Shown here: positions 32,496 through 45,637 of the stretch, one piece after another
Layout of the letters: each line of letters begins with the position of its first letter
How positions within the stretch are numbered: position 1 is the first letter of the stretch
Origin: an uncultured Chloroflexia bacterium
Lineage (GTDB): Bacteria; Chloroflexota; UBA6077; JACCZL01
Direction of reading: 5' to 3'
Length of the DNA stretch: 64,000 nucleotides
Assembly (NCBI GenBank): GCA_963765765.1
Contig: CAVXYC010000019.1
Span: 96,001-160,000, forward strand
Position numbers and translations under genes: made by a program
Notes under the pieces: generated by a model
Database searches by the model: none
What the model was told of the DNA's origin: nothing
What the model saw: only the letters and a program-made list of their open reading frames with translations

Positions 32496-33834
32496 ATGCC
32501 CAAGCCCCAACCGACCGTTCTTGAAGTTGCCGGCCGCGAGGTAGTGATCACGAATCCTGACAAAGTGTTCTTCCCGCGTGCTGGCTATACAAAGATGGAC
32601 CTGGTGAACTACTACGCTAGCCGTTGCCGAAGGCGCGCAACGAGGGATCGGAGGCCGACCCATCGTGCTGAAGCGTTACGTGAACGGCGCGGAGAAGGAA
32701 CCCTTCTTTCAGAAGCGTGCCCCCGACCAGCGACCCGAATGGATCGAGACAGTGGAGCTTTCCTTCCCATCGGGACGAACGGCAAGTGAAGTTGTGGCGC
32801 GTGACGCTGCCACCCTTCTGTGGACGATCAATCTCGGGTGCATCGATCTGAATCCTCATCCCGTCCGGGCCGATGACCTGGACCATCCGGACGAGCTGCG
32901 AGTAGACCTGGATCCGGGCCCGGGAGTGGAATGGGACGATATCCGGCGCGTCGCGCTGGTTGTGCGCGAGGTGCTCGAGGATTATGACCTCAAGGGCTGG
33001 CCCAAGACCTCAGGATCGCGGGGCATTCACGTAAACGTGCGCATTGAGCGGCGTTGGACGTTTACGCAGGTCCGTCGGGCGGCGCTGGCGTTGTCCCGTG
33101 AGGTGGAGCGGCGCGTGCCCGATCTGGCCACCAGCAAGTGGTGGAAGGAGGAACGCCACGGCGTCTTCCTGGATTACAACCAGAATGCCAAGGATCGCAC
33201 CGTGGCCTCCGCCTGGGCAGTGCGTCCCACACCGGACGCCCGCGTGTCCATGCCGCTGGAGTGGGACGAGGTGCCGACCGTTGATCCGTCGGCGTTCACG
33301 CTCATCAGCGCGCCGGAGCGATTCAAGGAGCGTGGCGACGCGTCGGCCGGCATCGACCAGTCCGCCGGCTCGCTCGACAAGCTGCTGGAGCTTTCGGCCG
33401 CGCAGGAAGCGGAGGGCCAGGGCGATGCGCCGTGGCCGCCGCATTACTCTAAGGGAGACGATGAGCCGCGGCGCGTAGCGCCGTCGCGCGCTAAGAAGGA
33501 CAGTGGCCCCGCGAAAGGCACCGGTCGCCGCCGGTCGACACAGCCGCTCATCACGGTTTCAAAGGCTGAGCACCTGGATGAGGCGATGGCCGGTCTAGAG
33601 CGCTGGAAGGGGCGGCATCCCGAAGCGGCTGCTCTGTTGCAGGTGGATGACGTGCTCGTGGACGCGATGCGCGGGGCTTCGTCAACCTGGACACGAATCC
33701 GGCTGAATCTGCGCCACGTGCCCGAGGACGAGCGACCCGCCGAGGAGGCGCCGGATCCCGATTACGATCCGTGGACTAATTACCGGGGGCGGCTCGGGCC
33801 CCAAAGACCCGCTCAAGCTCGTAGGGAGGCGTGA
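32496..33834 (+). CDS. Stand-alone LigD-polymerase/primase family protein (Prim-PolC-like) with C-terminal extension (frameshift near 32620)
   Basis: ITNPDKVFFP, FFQKRAP, PDELRVDLDPGPG, KTSGSRGIH, WWKEERHGVFLDYNQN. Confidence 0.9.
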
Positions 33835-34870
33835 CCTCAAGCTGATCGTAGCAGCACTTCTCCGGAGGCTTATCCGGACGCCAGCGTACAAACTGCGCTG
33901 CGTGTCGGAAGCGGTTACCCTGCATGTGGTCGTAGGCAACTTCGACCACTCTTTCGAGACGTAGCGCCTCCCAGCTCAGATCTTTGCCGTGATTCCACCG
34001 ACTTGACGCGCCCGGTAGGCGCTGACCGTTCTCATTTGCCTCAGACTGCGCCTCGGCCCAGTCGCGCCAGGGGTGGCCATCGAGCGCATTCTCACGTAGC
34101 GGCGCCAGGTCCTCAACCAGCTTCCTGCGCACGGTGTTGGTAAAGGAGGCCGAGACGCCGACGTGGTGCAATGTGCCGTCCTCGTCATAGAGCCCCAGAA
34201 GTAACGAGCCTACCATCGTGCCCGGGCCGTTCTTGTGCCAACGAAAGCCGGCCACCACGCAGTCCGCCGTGCGGGCGTGCTTGATCTTGAGCATTGTGCG
34301 CTCGCCGGGACGGTACGGCCCATCCAGACGCTTGGCCATGACACCGTCTAGCCCGGCGCCCTCAAATCGATGAAACCAGTCCTCGGCGAGAGAGCGGTCG
34401 ACCGTGGAGGGCGAGAGATGGACCGGCCTGCCCTGCAGTGCCTGCTCTAGTCGCTCGCGCCGCTCCGAAAGCGGCGCCTCGCGCAGGTCTTCATCGCCCA
34501 GTGCCAGCAGATCCCAGGCCACAAAGGAGGCCGGCGTCTCTTCGGACAAAAGCTTAGCTCGGGATGCGGCCGGGTGGATGCGGAGGAGCAACGCCTCGAA
34601 GTCGAGCCCGCTGGCACCAACGATGACGATCTCGCCGTCGAGTACGCAGCGCTCGGGAAGCGCCTCGGTGAGCGATTTGACGAGCTCCGGGAAGTAGCGA
34701 TTCATGGACTTTTCATCCCGACTTTGCAGGGTGATGTCCTGTCCATCGCGGAACACGATTGTTCGAAACCCATCCCATTTCGGCTCGAATAGCCAGCCTT
34801 CGTCATCTGGCAGACTGGCGACCGACCTCGACAACATAGGTGCGATAGCTGGAGCGAACGGTAGCGACAT
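33776..34870 (-). CDS. ligC: ATP-dependent DNA ligase, LigC-type
   Basis: FEPKWDGFR, LDGEIV, RIHPAASR, GAGLDGVMAK, KIKHARTADCVV, RWRPDKPP. Confidence 0.88.
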   Translation of the reverse strand: MSLPFAPAIAPMLSRSVASLPDDEGWLFEPKWDGFRTIVFRDGQDITLQSRDEKSMNRYFPELVKSLTEALPERCVLDGEIVIVGASGLDFEALLLRIHPAASRAKLLSEETPASFVAWDLLALGDEDLREAPLSERRERLEQALQGRPVHLSPSTVDRSLAEDWFHRFEGAGLDGVMAKRLDGPYRPGERTMLKIKHARTADCVVAGFRWHKNGPGTMVGSLLLGLYDEDGTLHHVGVSASFTNTVRRKLVEDLAPLRENALDGHPWRDWAEAQSEANENGQRLPGASSRWNHGKDLSWEALRLERVVEVAYDHMQGNRFRHAAQFVRWRPDKPPEKCCYDQLEVTPPYELERVFGARAAPGN

Positions 34871-34922
34871 GGCCCAATTTTAGATTGCGCTGCCCCGTAA
34901 TCTAGCCCGTTCAGGCTACGTG

Positions 34923-35318
34923 CTAGTCACACCTTGAGCTGTCAGATTCGCTGGCTGATCGCCAGAATATTCCCTCGGTATCCTTGAACCACGCCGTTTT
35001 TGCGCCTCCGCCGGTAGCAATACCGTTTATCGTCTTGAAACCCGGAGCGTCATATTCCTCAAACGTCACGCCTCTGGCGTTGAGCTCGGCCACTTCGGCT
35101 TCGACATCATCAACGGACCAGAATGCTGTACTTGCCTGCGATGTACCCGCGCCCGCCGACGGGTACATGAATACCCATGATCCATTGCCGCACTCATAGA
35201 TCACACCCCCGGCGTACTCCTGTTTCACCTTGAGCCCCACTTTCTCTTCATAGAACCTGCGAGCCCGAGTGACGTCGTTTACCGGTATGTACGGAACGAT
35301 TTGCGAGTTACTGAGCAT
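34923..35318 (-). CDS. VOC/glyoxalase family protein (3' end probably frameshifted)
   Basis: RARRFYEEKVGL, WSVDDVEAEVAEL..RGVTFEEY, AWFKDTEG. Confidence 0.85.
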   Translation of the reverse strand: MLSNSQIVPYIPVNDVTRARRFYEEKVGLKVKQEYAGGVIYECGNGSWVFMYPSAGAGTSQASTAFWSVDDVEAEVAELNARGVTFEEYDAPGFKTINGIATGGGAKTAWFKDTEGIFWRSASESDSSRCD

Positions 35319-35666
35319 GCTACTTCCTCCCAGGATGGCTATGGACAGAAAAGGTCATTCATCATCAATGGATGCCTTGGCCAGAGATCTACGGTCCTGC
35401 GATACCCCGAATCGACCTGCGATCGGATCATCAACAGCTCAGTCAGTCAGGTTGGGAGGAGCATCGGGTTTGATATCAACTGAGCATCGGCCGTACCGCT
35501 AACGGGGCGGTGAATTGGAAAGGACAATTCTGAATCGCTCTACTCAGGATTCATGAGGCTCACCGTGACTATTCAGGCTGTCAGTCTCAACCCGAGGAGC
35601 GAGTCTTTCGGCTGTGTGGGACGTATGCATGCGAAGGCTCCATGTCACGCCCCACACGTACTCGAG

Positions 35667-36053
35667 TTATCCCTTCACGTAAGCCAGCATCTCGGCGATC
35701 TTGCCGTCGCGAGCTCGAATAAGGTCCAGCCCGCGAACGTGGCCATCCGCGCCATCCGAGCTCTTCCACGTATAGCGCCAGCGCAGCACCGCGGATTCGC
35801 CGAATACTGAGAGCTCCTCAGTCTCAAATCGAGCCTCGTTCGACTCACGGAAGAGTGCTTCCAGAGCGGCTCGGACAGCGATTGGTCCCTCAAAGCGGTC
35901 GCCATCTGGCGGAGTAGTGGATTCCCAGACGACGTCATTTGTGCATAGGCGCATCATGGCGTCCACGTCGTGTTGATTGACCGCCGCTTCCATCTGATGC
36001 ACTACATCGAGTGTTGCCGCGCTTACGGCATCGTATGCTGATACAGCCATCAT
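35667..36053 (-). CDS. SnoaL/NTF2-like protein
   Basis: AVNQHDVDAMM, PPDGDRFEG, GHVRGLDL..RDGKIAEMLAYVKG. Confidence 0.8.
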   Translation of the reverse strand: MMAVSAYDAVSAATLDVVHQMEAAVNQHDVDAMMRLCTNDVVWESTTPPDGDRFEGPIAVRAALEALFRESNEARFETEELSVFGESAVLRWRYTWKSSDGADGHVRGLDLIRARDGKIAEMLAYVKG

Positions 36054-36278
36054 CGAACCTCCGAGTCTGCTGGCATTCTAGGCGGCCATGATTCAGACGA
36101 AGCTAGCGATGCTTACAGCGAGTCGCCGTAACTGTCCAATGTGCACATGCGGGCGGTCCCGTGGCTCCCGGAGAGATCTGTTCTTAAGGAGCCGCGACTC
36201 TCCGCGGCCGACGGTTGCTGGGAGCACAATCCTTGTTCCAGCAGGCCGCAAGCGAGCTGCGTTCCGATTCCAGGCGTC

Positions 36279-39542
<3,264 letters not shown>

Positions 39543-39641
39543 CCCTACCCCCGGACGCGCCGAGGGCCGCGAACCTGTGACTCAAAAATCGAGTCGTTGT
39601 TCGCGGCCCTCAGACATTGCTACGCTAATACATTGCTCAAA

Positions 39642-39647
39642 ATTATA
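39642..39647 (-). promoter_or_regulatory. Candidate sigma-70 -10 element for gyrA
   Basis: Perfect TATAAT on the minus strand in an AT-rich patch ~100 bp upstream of the gyrA start. Confidence 0.4.
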
Positions 39648-39715
39648 CATAACGGGCAGTCTTTCCGGCAGGTTCTGAGGCCACCGGACTGCCTTGTTGA
39701 CGGGACTGTAATGCC

Positions 39716-40624
39716 ATGCTGCTCGACGATCTAAGCCAGGCGGATTTCAGTGAAGTGCTCGGGACCGGGAAGGTTCTGTTGGATACTGAATTCGAGCCCG
39801 GCGAAGTCGTCCTTGAACGAGTGGAGAAGGTGGTCTGCACGGCCCAAACGCAGTTCCAGAGAGTGGATATCGTGGAGACGACCGCCTACGGCCGCTCGCT
39901 GTTACTGGATGGCGCGTTGCAATCCACGGCCGCGGACGAGCGGTCATATCACGAGGTGTTGATCCATCCGGCAATGGTCACTATTGAACATCCTCGGGAA
40001 GTATTGATCATCGGCGGCGGCGAGGGCGCCACGCTCCGTGAGGTGCTCCGACACAACACTGTTGAGCGCGCGGTGATGGTGGACATCGATGGGGAGCTGG
40101 TGGAGATCTGCAAGCGTGAACTGTCGATCATGCACCAGGGCGCATTTGATGATCCGCGCGCCGAGGTGCGCATCCAGGACGGCGCGGACTTTCTGCATGC
40201 ATCGCCAGGACAGTTCGATCTGATTGTCTACGACTTGACCGACCCTGGCACGGATTTGCCAGGACCGCTGCTCAGTCAGGATTTCCTTCGATTGGCCAAG
40301 AGCGCGCTTACGCCTGATGGAATGCTAGTGATGAATCCGTTCCGCATCGGCGTGCATGGCCTCTCGCCATTTTCGCTGATGGTGCGAGCCACGCTCCAAA
40401 ATCTCTTCGCCGATGTAGAGCTGTATGCGTCCTACATTCATTCGTTCTTGTGGTACTGCGGCTTTTTCCTGGCCAGTGATACGCGCCTGGCCGCGGGACT
40501 CCCTGCTCGAGATATCGATGCTCGACTCAGATCTCGAGGCATCGATGACCTGCACTGCTACGATGGCATCACTCACCAGGCGCTTTTTGCCTTGCCGCGT
40601 TGGGTGCGCCGCAGTCTGCGGTAG
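39716..40624 (+). CDS. speE: Polyamine aminopropyltransferase (spermidine/thermospermine synthase)
   Basis: LLLDGALQS...DE..YHE, VLIIGGGEGATLRE, MVDIDGELV, FDLIVYDLTDP. Confidence 0.88.
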   Translation: MLLDDLSQADFSEVLGTGKVLLDTEFEPGEVVLERVEKVVCTAQTQFQRVDIVETTAYGRSLLLDGALQSTAADERSYHEVLIHPAMVTIEHPREVLIIGGGEGATLREVLRHNTVERAVMVDIDGELVEICKRELSIMHQGAFDDPRAEVRIQDGADFLHASPGQFDLIVYDLTDPGTDLPGPLLSQDFLRLAKSALTPDGMLVMNPFRIGVHGLSPFSLMVRATLQNLFADVELYASYIHSFLWYCGFFLASDTRLAAGLPARDIDARLRSRGIDDLHCYDGITHQALFALPRWVRRSLR

Positions 40625-40679
40625 GACTATTCTCTCCGGGGAAATGGATGATCTACATCGCCACGGTAAGGACAAGATC

Positions 40680-41477
40680 ATGACTGAGCCAATCCGAATC
40701 GAATACGGGCACGAGCGCGAGCAGTTCGGCGACCTGCATCTACCGTCTGGCACGGGACCGCACCCGGTGTTGGTAGTCCTTCACGGTGGTAGGTGGCAGG
40801 CGAGCAGCACGCTTCAGGGGATCGCCGCGGCGTGCGCTTCATTGGCACAGGGCGGACTCGCCGTCTGGAACGTGGAATATCGTCGACTTGGCAACACCGG
40901 GGGAGGATGGCCAGGAACCTGGGAGGACGTAGCGGCGGCCACGGACCACCTCAAGAGTTTGGCGGCTGAGCACGCGTTAGACCTGGATCGGGTCGTCTCG
41001 CTCGGCCATTCGGCGGGTGGACCGCTCTCTCTCTGGTTGGCCGGACGGCATCGTCTCCCTGCCACGAGCTCGCTCTACCGGGCAGACGGCGTGAGGCTCA
41101 TCGGTGTGATCTCGAGCGCTGGCGTGAACGATCTACGCACGGCTTACGTCCGGAACATGGGCGAGGGCGTACTCAATGATCTGCTTGGCGGCGGCCCGGA
41201 TCAGTTCGAGGATCGGTATGCAAGCGTCTCACCTCCCGATCTGTTGCCGTATGGCATTCCGCAGCTTCTTATCCACGGTACGGCCGACACGATGGTCTCA
41301 GTGACCGTGAGCGAGGCGCATCTCCAGGCGGCCCAGGAATCCGGGGACTCGGCCGAGCTGGTGACTATCCCTGGCGCCGATCATTTCCAGATTCGAGATC
41401 CCGCGTCTCCATACTGGCTGCCCGCCCGGGACGCCATCCTTCGGTTCTGTCAGGAGGCGGCGTCTGTCAGGGCATAA
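40680..41477 (+). CDS. Alpha/beta hydrolase (esterase/lipase)
   Basis: HGG.W, EYRRLG..GGGWP, GHSAG, HGTAD, GADH. Confidence 0.88.
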   Translation: MTEPIRIEYGHEREQFGDLHLPSGTGPHPVLVVLHGGRWQASSTLQGIAAACASLAQGGLAVWNVEYRRLGNTGGGWPGTWEDVAAATDHLKSLAAEHALDLDRVVSLGHSAGGPLSLWLAGRHRLPATSSLYRADGVRLIGVISSAGVNDLRTAYVRNMGEGVLNDLLGGGPDQFEDRYASVSPPDLLPYGIPQLLIHGTADTMVSVTVSEAHLQAAQESGDSAELVTIPGADHFQIRDPASPYWLPARDAILRFCQEAASVRA

Positions 41478-41672
41478 CACACGTTAGGCGAGCGGCAATC
41501 AGCGGATCGAGATAAAAGCTGTCGACCGGCGGGGCGGGCAGGCTGCAACCATGCAAGCTTGCGTTTTCGTGGCGGCGCGACGACGGACGATGGCGGATTG
41601 CCGTTGCTTATGCATACGTAGAACAGAGGGCGTGCCCGGAACGACACCCGGCGCGGTCGGAGGTTGGAGGGT

Positions 41673-42201
41673 ATGGGCAGGGTCTTTCGATTCGGGTGCT
41701 TTGGGCTGATTGGGATTGTGGTGCTCCTCGTGGCGGTCGCGCTGCTGGCTCCGAAGCCGCCATCGCCGCAACCCACGATCTCCGGGCAGCCGGCGAGCAC
41801 CAGCCACCGGCGGAGCTCCGGCGGTGGCCCAGGTTGGCCAGACCGCCTCGCTCGGGGGCTGGGAGGTCACGCTGCTGGACTTCGGCCCGTATGAGCGATT
41901 CGCTACGCTTCCACCGCCCACCCCGGCTCAGGGTAAGCGCATGGTGGCCGACATGCGGATCAAGAACCTGCAGACCAGCACGTCCAACTTCACGCAAAGC
42001 GACTTCGAATTGAAGGTGGCGGATGGGCGGACGTTCAAACCGGACAGCACGACGGCGTCAATCGAGCGTGGTTTCGTGATCTCCCAGCAAGTGCAGCCGG
42101 GGCTCACGACGGAGAATCGTGTGGTCTTCGATATCGACCCGGCCGCTCAGGGGCTCACGTTGACCGCCCTGAAGCTCCAGTTCAGCGTGCCCAAACCGTA
42201 G
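41673..42201 (+). CDS. DUF4352-like membrane-anchored beta-sandwich protein (frameshift near 41800)
   Basis: N-terminal TM; AQVGQTASLGGWEVT, FELKVADGRTF, VQPGLT...VVFDI. Confidence 0.6.
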
Positions 42202-42213
42202 GGACCGTTCGAT

Positions 42214-42584
42214 ATGACCCAACAGTGGGATGCGGACGAGCTGCCCGGGATGCCCGAGCCGAACGCGGATGAGGCATCCCAGGCGGGCGAATGGGCGGCC
42301 CTGGCCTAGGCGGCGGCGCGGCTCGGGGTGACGGAGCGGAGCGTCTATCGACGGATCGTGCCGGTAAGCTAATGAAGCGCGATCGGGAGGATGTCTCCGA
42401 CGCGGTCGGACAGGCCGCGCCGCAGGTCGAGTGGGCCCTGGCGGTGGCTCAGCGCTTCAATGATGCGGTGAGTCAGGCGGTGAGCCAGCAGCTGGCCGTC
42501 CACCCCGAGAAGATCACCGAGCTGGCGGCCTCGAACGGTCGGCTTCATGGGGAAGTGGAGCGGCTCACTGTTCACTCGCTCTAG
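42214..42584 (+). pseudogene. HTH (excisionase/MerR-like) + coiled-coil protein remnant
   Basis: Manual translation EWAALA*AAARLGVTERSVYRRI/RAGKL with an in-frame TAG and a frameshift, then helical 'ITELAASNGRLHGEVERL'. Confidence 0.5.
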
Positions 42585-42689
42585 TGGAGACCATGGTGAC
42601 AGCGGGAACCGCGGGTTCACATGAAGGGCGAGGAGGCGCCTCATTGTTCGGTCCGAGCCCTGGTAGAATGCGGACTCAGCCGGAGTTTC

Positions 42690-43838
42690 ATGCTCATGCA
42701 CGGACGCCTCTTTCCGGGGCTTATCCTCGCGCTTCTTATCTCTCTACTGCTCTTCAGCGGAACCGCGCTTGCCCAGGAGCAGCGCGCTGACATCACTTAC
42801 CTCGGACGGGACGAGACACAGACGGTCGATCGATATCAGTTTGTCATTCGACCTGGCAGCCGCATGTGGGACATTGGTGTCAACTCGTTACCGCTCATCG
42901 GCTTCGAGGAGAGTGATCAGAAGGCGTTCGACACTGTGGATCAAGCCTACAAGAAGCGCTTTCCTGATCGTGGTGTGGCTGGGATGCAGCCTGGCGATAC
43001 GTTCACATTGGAAGTGCCCGCCGGCACATTTGTCACTCGCGACATTAACCGGCAACCGGATGGCTTCGAATACATCTCCTTTAACGGTGATCGACTCTAC
43101 TACTATCCGAACGAGCCGTCTGTGGTCTACAGGCTCATTAGAAAGGATCAGGAAAGCCGCGCCGAGCTCCTCCTGAGCGGCGTATCTGCCGACCCAATCG
43201 TTGTGGCTCGCCGAATTTACGCGATCGATACGCCGGACTTCATCCAGGTTCGAGCCATTCGTGCGGCGATCAATGATCGTCAGGCACGCGTGACCGTAGA
43301 CCTGGCCAGGCCGTACCTCGATGAGTTTCGGAATTTTCGGGATCGAGCGATTCGTATCGAGCCGGGTGAAACAGGCTTGCAGGCGTACATCTTTCCAAAT
43401 GATCCGGAGATTCCATTTGTGCGGGTCGACGACGCGGTGGGCGATGAGACGGATCCTGGCAAGTTCACGCGGTTCTTTCGATCGATGTATTATCGCGACG
43501 GCACGATCAAGCGGTACTACGTCACTGAGAGCGGCGACTCCGTGGCAACACTAGGAAAGCCGCTTTCAGAAGAATGGACAAAGGTGCTCCCGGCGTTTCA
43601 AGAATGGCAGCCCGGCCAGGCAGAAGCGCTTCCTCCGTTCACCGCCGCGGTGAATCAGAGTGGTCAAATACTCCCTGGACGGATTGCGGTGATCTCACAT
43701 CGACCTAAGGCAGAACAGGCCCGGGGTGCACAGACAAATCGTGGGGTGGGCGGAGCGATGGATTGCTTTGGTATCCCGCTCTTTCTCCTGGGCGCCGCTG
43801 GCGCCGTTCTAAGGATGACGCGTGGATTACCTCTCTAA
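42690..43838 (+). CDS. Secreted hypothetical protein with possible degenerate LysM-like segments and C-terminal TM
   Basis: Signal peptide ending ALA-Q; YQFVIRPGSRMWDIG...MQPGDTFTL; YYVTESGDSVATLG...ILPGRIAVI; C-terminal GGAMDCFGIPLFLLGAAGAVLRMTR. Confidence 0.6.
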   Translation: MLMHGRLFPGLILALLISLLLFSGTALAQEQRADITYLGRDETQTVDRYQFVIRPGSRMWDIGVNSLPLIGFEESDQKAFDTVDQAYKKRFPDRGVAGMQPGDTFTLEVPAGTFVTRDINRQPDGFEYISFNGDRLYYYPNEPSVVYRLIRKDQESRAELLLSGVSADPIVVARRIYAIDTPDFIQVRAIRAAINDRQARVTVDLARPYLDEFRNFRDRAIRIEPGETGLQAYIFPNDPEIPFVRVDDAVGDETDPGKFTRFFRSMYYRDGTIKRYYVTESGDSVATLGKPLSEEWTKVLPAFQEWQPGQAEALPPFTAAVNQSGQILPGRIAVISHRPKAEQARGAQTNRGVGGAMDCFGIPLFLLGAAGAVLRMTRGLPL

Positions 43839-44634
43839 GCCTTTCTTGATTGAGCGATTGAGCTTGCTCGCGACAGCCGCAGTGCTCATCACCACAACCA
43901 TGACTTTTCCAACCCATTCGATTTCAGCTCAGAACTTTGACGCCGATGTCGGGCTCGATCCGGGACACAGCTACGTTGATGTGGGGGCGTCTGGCGCGGG
44001 ACTCAGGGAGTTCGAGCTGACGCTGGACATCGCGCAGCGTATTCGTGACCACCTCGAGCAGCTTGGCGTCAGCGTGAAAATGACGCGCACCGACGCGAAC
44101 CCGCTATCCGCCATGAATCACCGTGACTCCACCGAGCGGGTGCGAATCGAACAGGAGGCGCGCACGGGATCGGTGGGACGAGTCCGCGCCTATGTATCAA
44201 TCCACTTCAACGGTCACAATAGCCCGGCCCTTCGAGGCACCGAGACGTATTACAATCCCGAAGGAGCAATGCCCGCGGAGAGCCTCCGTTTGGCAGGAGC
44301 ACTCCACCGTGGCGTTGTGGACGCATTGTGGGAAGGTGGTTATCCCACGGTGGATCGAGGTCTCAAGCCCGATCTGGCCGCGGGCAAACCGTACGGACAC
44401 TTCTTCAATTTACGAGGGCCGTCACCAAGCGCGTTGGTGGAGGGGCTCTTTTTGAGCAGCCCAGGAGAAGCGGCCGCGTTGCAGTCGTCCCAGGTGCGCG
44501 ATGCGTTGAGTTGGGGCTACGTTCGCGGGATTCTGGAGTTTTTGGGGTTGAGGGCGGCTACGGAGCCTGAGAATCGGAGCTTCCAGCAGACGCCCATGGC
44601 CTCCGCCACGATGCCGCTGGACATTTTGGACTGA
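43822..44634 (+). CDS. N-acetylmuramoyl-L-alanine amidase (Amidase_3)
   Basis: LDPGH, E..LTLDIA, YVSIHFN, GTETYY, PSALVEGLFLS. Confidence 0.88.
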   Translation: MDYLSKPFLIERLSLLATAAVLITTTMTFPTHSISAQNFDADVGLDPGHSYVDVGASGAGLREFELTLDIAQRIRDHLEQLGVSVKMTRTDANPLSAMNHRDSTERVRIEQEARTGSVGRVRAYVSIHFNGHNSPALRGTETYYNPEGAMPAESLRLAGALHRGVVDALWEGGYPTVDRGLKPDLAAGKPYGHFFNLRGPSPSALVEGLFLSSPGEAAALQSSQVRDALSWGYVRGILEFLGLRAATEPENRSFQQTPMASATMPLDILD

Positions 44635-45287
44635 CCGACGCGTCTATCCACGAAGAGAATGGGGACCTCAGCGACGCAATAGCCCAGACGGTGACACAGG
44701 TAATTGAGCTCCACCTGAAACGCGTACCCGTTTGAATGAATCGCGTCCAGATCAAAGCTGGTCAGCACGTGCGACCTGAAACATTTGAATCCGCTCGTCA
44801 GATCGTTCATTGGAACACCGAGCACCAGCTTGGCGTATAGCGAACCGCCACGGCTGATGAGCGTGCGCAGGAGCGACCAGTTCTGAGTGCCTCCGCCGTT
44901 GACCCAACGTGCGCCAATGGCTACATCGCAATCGCCGACCGCGGCCAGGAGTCGCGGCAAATCATCGGGGCTATGCGAGAAATCGGCATCCATCTCGAAG
45001 ACGGCGTCATACCCGCGTTCCAGCGCAACCTTAAATCCAGCGACATACGCGGTGCCGAGGCCCAGCTTGCCGGCCCGGTGGATCACATGAACCCGCTGGT
45101 TCTCTGCGGCTAGCCTATCGGCCAGGTCGCCGGTGCCATCGGGTGAGTTGTCATCCACAACGAGCACGTCGAACTGATCGCCCTGTTGAAGAATGGCGGG
45201 AATCAATTGGGGTAGGTTCTCGCTCTCGTTGTATGTGGGAACGATCACGAGAGCGCGCTGGATAGGTGGACGATGAGTGGAACGCAT
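44517..45287 (-). CDS. Polyprenol-monophosphomannose synthase (GT2, Ppm1/DPM1-like)
   Basis: IVPTYNE.ENL, VDDNSPDGTG, KLGLGTAY, EMDADFSH, DLTSGFKCF, GYAFQVE, FVDRRVGQSKM; start uncertain. Confidence 0.88.
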   Translation of the reverse strand: MRSTHRPPIQRALVIVPTYNESENLPQLIPAILQQGDQFDVLVVDDNSPDGTGDLADRLAAENQRVHVIHRAGKLGLGTAYVAGFKVALERGYDAVFEMDADFSHSPDDLPRLLAAVGDCDVAIGARWVNGGGTQNWSLLRTLISRGGSLYAKLVLGVPMNDLTSGFKCFRSHVLTSFDLDAIHSNGYAFQVELNYLCHRLGYCVAEVPILFVDRRVGQSKMSSGIVAEAMGVCWKLRFSGSVAALNPKNSRIPRT

Positions 45288-45565
45288 AGGAGCAGTGAGG
45301 GCCGAACGGATCCGGCGCGGCTCGTCGCAAACTGTCTCGAGACGAATCGACGCTGAGTTACCCGTCAGCGGCGAGAGCATCGCTGAGAACGACACCCCAA
45401 GGCAAGCAGTATTGGAACCATCTGCTGCGCGGTGCGTTACACAGCGAGGTGCTCAGGTGAGTCGGCCGGCTCCCGATGCCCAGGAGAGTCCGTGATTGGT
45501 TCACGTTGCGATTCCGCCCGATTCACGTCTGTGACATCAGGAATGACCCCGAACGGAATAGCGCA

Positions 45566-45574
45566 TGATATAAT
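45566..45574 (+). promoter_or_regulatory. Extended -10 promoter upstream of the sigma factor gene
   Basis: TG-A-TATAAT perfect extended -10, ~65 bp upstream of ATG 45638. Confidence 0.55.
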
Positions 45575-45637
45575 GAGCACACTTGACAGAATTAGGGTAC
45601 GTGTGCCCTGCGCCCGAAAGTGGATTGAGATTTAGAG

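Noticed and set aside
12645-32700. Programmed frameshifting or mass pseudogenisation
   Set aside because: Single-base indels hit many unrelated genes without slippery-site or stimulator patterns; sequencing or assembly error is the simpler explanation.
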